Shown: positions 60,619-64,000 of the stretch, in pieces
How the letters are laid out: each line of letters opens with the position of its first letter
Numbering within the stretch: position 1 is the first letter of the stretch
Assembly: GCA_025360225.1 (NCBI GenBank)
Contig: JANYCN010000042.1
Span: 112,302-176,301 of the forward strand
Direction of reading: 5' to 3'
Length of the DNA stretch: 64,000 nucleotides
Source of the DNA: Actinomycetes bacterium
GTDB taxonomy: Bacteria > Actinomycetota > Thermoleophilia > Gaiellales > F1-60-MAGs149
Notes under the pieces: model-generated
The model's database searches: none
What the model was told of the DNA's origin: nothing
What the model saw: only the letters and a program-made list of their open reading frames with translations
Program-made: the position numbers and the translations under genes

Positions 60619-61513
60619 GGTCACCGACGAGGTGCGCCGTCTCCGGCGCCGGTTCCAGGAACGCGGCGAGGAGTCGCAGATCTGGGATGCCGTGCTGCTG
60701 GCGCGACACACCTCGCGGCCGTACACGCTGGACTACGTCGGCGGCCTCTTCTCGGACTTCTACGAGCTGCATGGCGATCGGGCGTTCGCCGACGACCCGG
60801 CGATCGTCGCGGGGATCGGCACCTACCACGGGCGACCGGTCGTCTGTGTCGGCAACCAGAAGGGGCGCGACACGGTTGAGGAGCGGATCCGCCGCAACTT
60901 CGGCATGGCTCGGCCCGAGGGATACCGGAAGGCGATCCGCGCCTTCGAGCTCGCGGACCGGCTCGGCTTTCCGGTGCTGACGTTCGTCGACACACCCGGG
61001 GCGTACCCTGGCGTGGGCGCTGAGGAGCGGGGCCAGGCCGGCATGATCGCGAGCTCGATCCTTGCGATGGCGCGGCTCGAGGTGCCGGTGATCGCCACCG
61101 TGATCGGCGAAGGGGGCTCGGGCGGCGCGCTCGCGCTTGCCGTCGGCGATCGGGTGCTGATGCAGGAGAACGCGATCTACAGCGTGATCTCCCCCGAGGG
61201 GTGCGCGTCGATCCTCTGGAAGGACGCCGCCCAGGCCCGGAAGGCGGCGTACGCCTTCCGGCCGACCGCGGCCTCCTGTCTCGACCTTGGCGTGATCGAC
61301 GCCGTCGTCGCGGAGCCGTCGGGTGGTGCGCACAAGGATCACGAACGCGCGATCCGGCTGGTCGACGTGGCGATCAGCGCGGCACTAGACGAGGTCCTCG
61401 CACTGGCGCCGCGCGACCGGCGCCTCGCCCGCCGCGCGAAGTTCAGACGGATGGGCGTCTGGGGTACCGCAGAGCCCGACACGACCGCGTCGGGTCTCGC
61501 CGCCGAGCGCTAA
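60611..61513 (+). CDS. accA: acetyl-CoA carboxylase carboxyltransferase alpha subunit
   Basis: GTG 60611 overlaps the accD end. FVDTPGAYPGVGAEERGQ and GEGGSGGALA blocks. Confidence 0.9.
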   Translation: MVRVTDEVRRLRRRFQERGEESQIWDAVLLARHTSRPYTLDYVGGLFSDFYELHGDRAFADDPAIVAGIGTYHGRPVVCVGNQKGRDTVEERIRRNFGMARPEGYRKAIRAFELADRLGFPVLTFVDTPGAYPGVGAEERGQAGMIASSILAMARLEVPVIATVIGEGGSGGALALAVGDRVLMQENAIYSVISPEGCASILWKDAAQARKAAYAFRPTAASCLDLGVIDAVVAEPSGGAHKDHERAIRLVDVAISAALDEVLALAPRDRRLARRAKFRRMGVWGTAEPDTTASGLAAER

Positions 61514-61639
61514 CCGGGCCGCCCCACGTGCTACCAAGGTACGACCCGTCGTACCGCGCGACAACAAGCGGCCGCGCACTTCCCGGCGTTCCGCCGTTGC
61601 GCGTGTCGTGTCGGCTTGTCGGCTGTGTACGGTCGGACG

Positions 61640-62359
61640 GCGTTCCCGCCCAACTCCCCGTGTTCGAGGTCGAGGCATCAGACACGGTTCACGCCACCGT
61701 TCGTGACGAGGTGTTCAGGCGCGCTTGCTCCGTGCCCCGCGGGACGCGATCACCGTGGGCGCGATCCTTCTGTTCGGGCGAGCGCCGCAGTCGCGGCTCC
61801 CGCAGGCCTACGTCCGCGTGACGCGTTTCCGCGGCACGGAGCTCGGCACGGGCGAGCGCCTCGAGGTCCTGACTGACGTCCGGTGTGAGGAACCCTCTCC
61901 GAGCAGCTGGAGGCCGCGCGCGCGGCCGTTCTCGGTGCCGTGCCGACGCGGCAGGCCCTGGGCGCGGATGGCCGGTTTGGTCGAGTGTCGCTCATCCCGC
62001 ACGATGCCTGGCTCGAGGGACTCGTCAACGCCGTCGTGCATCGGTCATACAGCAGTGGCGGAGACCACATCCGCGTCGGCGTGTTCGATGATCGAATGGA
62101 GATCGAGAGCCCTGGTCGGTTCCCGGGACTGGTCGAGATCGGCGATCCCTCAAGCGTCACGCGGCTCGCCAGGAGCCTCCGAATTGCTCGCGCGCTTGCT
62201 GGGTTGCGGTTTGGCGTGGAGCGGGGCGAGGGCGTGCGCGGGATCTTCGACGAGATGCTCCGCGCCGGTCTGGGTGACCCGGTGTACTTCCAGACTGCAG
62301 GTAGCGTGCGACTGACCCTCAGGACTTCCCGTGTTGAACGTGAGCGGCTAGTGGTCTGA
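61640..62359 (+). pseudogene. decayed AlbA_2 (Schlafen-like) / HATPase_c_4 'putative ATP-dependent DNA helicase RecG-related' type gene; N-terminally truncated, at least 2 frameshifts
   Basis: Three successive frames read PVFEVEASDTVHATVRDEVF (to ~61715), AITVGAILLFGRAPQSRLPQAYVRVTRFRG...TDVRCE (to ~61885), then LSEQLEAARAAV...IPHDAWLEGLVNAVVHRSYSSGGDHIRVGVFDDRMEIESPGRFPG...ERGEGVRGIFDEM. The stop TGA lies inside element D. Confidence 0.6.
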
Positions 62360-62664
62360 TTGTGAAATGGCGTGGTCATCCGACTGCCTGGATCGTCCTG
62401 CGCTTGTCGGCTCTGCCACCCGTCGGGTGGCTACGCCGCTCAGCTCCGGCGACCGCGATCCGGCCCGCTCTGCGTGCCGGATCGTGGGCTTCGCGGGAGC
62501 GTCGCGCGCCGCTTGCACTTAGCGTGTCAAGGCCTTCGCCTTGACACGCGTGCGAGCGGGCGCGCTATCCAGCACGCCCGCGATCAGCAAGCCCTGCGCG
62601 ACGCGCAACGCTCCCGCTCGCTCCAGACACCCGATGACCATGCCATTTGACAATCAGACCACTA
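62347..62664. mobile_element. MITE-like element, copy D (318 bp, longest and best preserved)
   Basis: Left end ctagtggtctgattgtgaaatggcgtggtcatc versus the reverse complement of the right end ctagtggtctgattgtcaaatggcatggtcatc (31/33). Internal hairpins at 62415-62431 and 62524-62547. Confidence 0.8.
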
Positions 62665-62857
62665 GCGGCGCTTCCGCATGGTGGCGAGGAGATCCCCTCG
62701 CTCCGTCGCGACCGCGGCGAAGCACGTACGGGGGACGTCGTCGAGCTCGGCGGGATGTCGCGTCCCGCCGCCAGCCGCCGTCGCCGCGCACTCGAGGCCC
62801 TCGGGCTCGTCCGTTGGTGTGGCACGAGCCGTCGCGATCCGCGCGCGTCGTGGCGCC

Positions 62858-64000
62858 TTAGCGGCTGAGGGCTTCCTCGGCGAGCATCCGCCCGAGCAGC
62901 AGCAGGGCGCCGTCGCGGGAGAGGTGCTCGTTCAGGTTGCCGCACTTCGGCGACTGCACGCAGCTCGGACATCCATCGGTGCAGGCGCAGTCGCGCAGCA
63001 GGTCGCGGGTGTCGCGCACGAGGTCCTCGAAGCGCCGGTAGCCCTGGCGAGTGATCCCGACCCCGCCCGGGTGCCCGTCGTAGATCGTGATGCTCGGCAC
63101 CGTCGCGCCGGAGCGGTCGACGACGGAGAGGCCACCGATGTCCCACCGGTCGCACATCGCGTGCAGCGGTAGCAGCGAGATCATCGCGTGCTCGGCCGCG
63201 TGCAGGCAGTCGAGCGGGTCGCCGCAGCCGGCGGAGAGAGCGCCTGGCACCTCGAACCAGAGCGCGCGTGTGCTGAACGTCTGCGCCGGGAGGTCGAGCT
63301 CGACGTGGGCGAGCACCTCGTGGTCGGGGAGGCGGACGCGCTGGTAGCCGACGACGCGCTCGGTAACGGAGACCGCTCCGTAGCGCAGGCGCACGCCGAG
63401 CGTGTCGCGCTCCTGCTCGATCGCATCGACGCTCGTTGCCTCGAGCGACTGGACGCGCGTGTACTCGGCGCCGTCGAACGGCTCGACCACCGCGACGAGC
63501 TCGTCGAGGTCGAGCGACGCCACGCGGTAGCTCTCACCGAGGTGCAGGTAGATCGCACCGTCATGCACGGTCCGACCCGCCCGCGAGCGCTCGACGGTGC
63601 CGAGGAGCAGCCCGGTCTCGCCATCGATGATCGAGACCGTCTCCAACGTGCCCGAGCGCAGCGAGACGGCGGCGGCCGGGTACCGCCTCCCGGTGTGCGC
63701 GATCCCGGCTGGTGTCACCGCGAGCTCGCCGCCCTCGGTCAGCCGCAGGGCGGCGGCGTACGCGCCGGCGCCGAGGATGGCGTCGTCTGCCTCGCGGATC
63801 GGTGCCTCGTAGGCAGCGCAGAGGAGGTGGCCGTGGCGTACATCGGGCGCCGCGTGGTCAAGCAGCGCCGCCTCGACCGGGCGCTCGAGGAGCCGCTCGG
63901 GGTGGCGCAGGCAGTACTGGTCGAGCGCGTCGGCGGTTGCAACCATCATCGCGAGCCCTGCCCCGGACCGGCCGGCGCGTCCCCACTGCTGCGTCAGGCT
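62858..64000 (-). CDS. DEAD/DEAH-box helicase, C-terminal part with DUF1998 (MrfA/YprA-like) zinc domain; 5' end lies beyond the right window edge
   Basis: ORF 62858..63949 is open upstream to the edge (...SLTQQWGRAGRSGAGLAMMVATAD..., helicase motif VI QxxGRAGR). C-terminal CxxGCPSCVQSPKCGN four-Cys cluster. Confidence 0.75.
   Translation of the reverse strand, partial: SLTQQWGRAGRSGAGLAMMVATADALDQYCLRHPERLLERPVEAALLDHAAPDVRHGHLLCAAYEAPIREADDAILGAGAYAAALRLTEGGELAVTPAGIAHTGRRYPAAAVSLRSGTLETVSIIDGETGLLLGTVERSRAGRTVHDGAIYLHLGESYRVASLDLDELVAVVEPFDGAEYTRVQSLEATSVDAIEQERDTLGVRLRYGAVSVTERVVGYQRVRLPDHEVLAHVELDLPAQTFSTRALWFEVPGALSAGCGDPLDCLHAAEHAMISLLPLHAMCDRWDIGGLSVVDRSGATVPSITIYDGHPGGVGITRQGYRRFEDLVRDTRDLLRDCACTDGCPSCVQSPKCGNLNEHLSRDGALLLLGRMLAEEALSR

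Noticed and set aside
58148-61342. Minus-strand ORFs 58148..59338, 59632..60726 and 60260..61342
   Set aside because: They are antisense to fabF, accD and accA and have no motifs, only high-GC artefact composition.

Overview
High-GC (~70%) chromosomal window, probably from an Actinomycetota-like organism. That assignment is an inference from a SigR/RsrA-type module, a class E-like sortase, DciA and GTG/TTG starts. The window spans the replication origin. The classic minus-strand block rpmH-rnpA-yidD-yidC-jag-rsmG-parA-parB (36.1-40.8 kb) faces dnaA-dnaN-recF-dciA(DUF721)-gyrB-gyrA (41.1-50.6 kb). DnaA-box clusters lie on both sides of dnaA, and two identical parS sites flank rsmG.

The rest is mostly housekeeping or metabolic:
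- a molybdo-hydroxylase operon (amidohydrolase, 2Fe-2S, Mo and FAD subunits, MocA-like)
- M16 peptidase, SpoIID-like protein, arr, and a partial UDP-sugar modification cluster
- MFS exporter, Nudix hydrolase, ccdA/tlpA, HtrA with a two-component system, sortase, moeA
- a class A PBP, MscS, chorismate mutase, hisD, and a second KAS II
- bioD/birA facing a fabZ-fabH-fabD-fabG-fabF-accD-accA cluster
- a truncated ATP-dependent ligase at the left edge and an MrfA-like helicase at the right edge

I found no defence system, CRISPR array, prophage or transposase. The least explained signal is a family of four short, modular MITE-like elements bounded by CTAG with ~33-45 bp terminal inverted repeats. 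They are at 1512-1759, 10145-10277, 16839-16995 and 62347-62664. Several of their ends coincide with neighbouring stop codons, and one sits directly upstream of arr.

Other points worth a second look:
- rsmG is interrupted by two compensating frameshifts
- an ECF sigma factor is fused to a complete ZAS anti-sigma motif plus a TM helix
- a membrane pseudokinase
- a long-form GyrB
- a fab cluster lacking acpP
- a decayed accessory islet at 61.5-62.9 kb

All calls rest on reading translations and motifs by eye. No database search was run.
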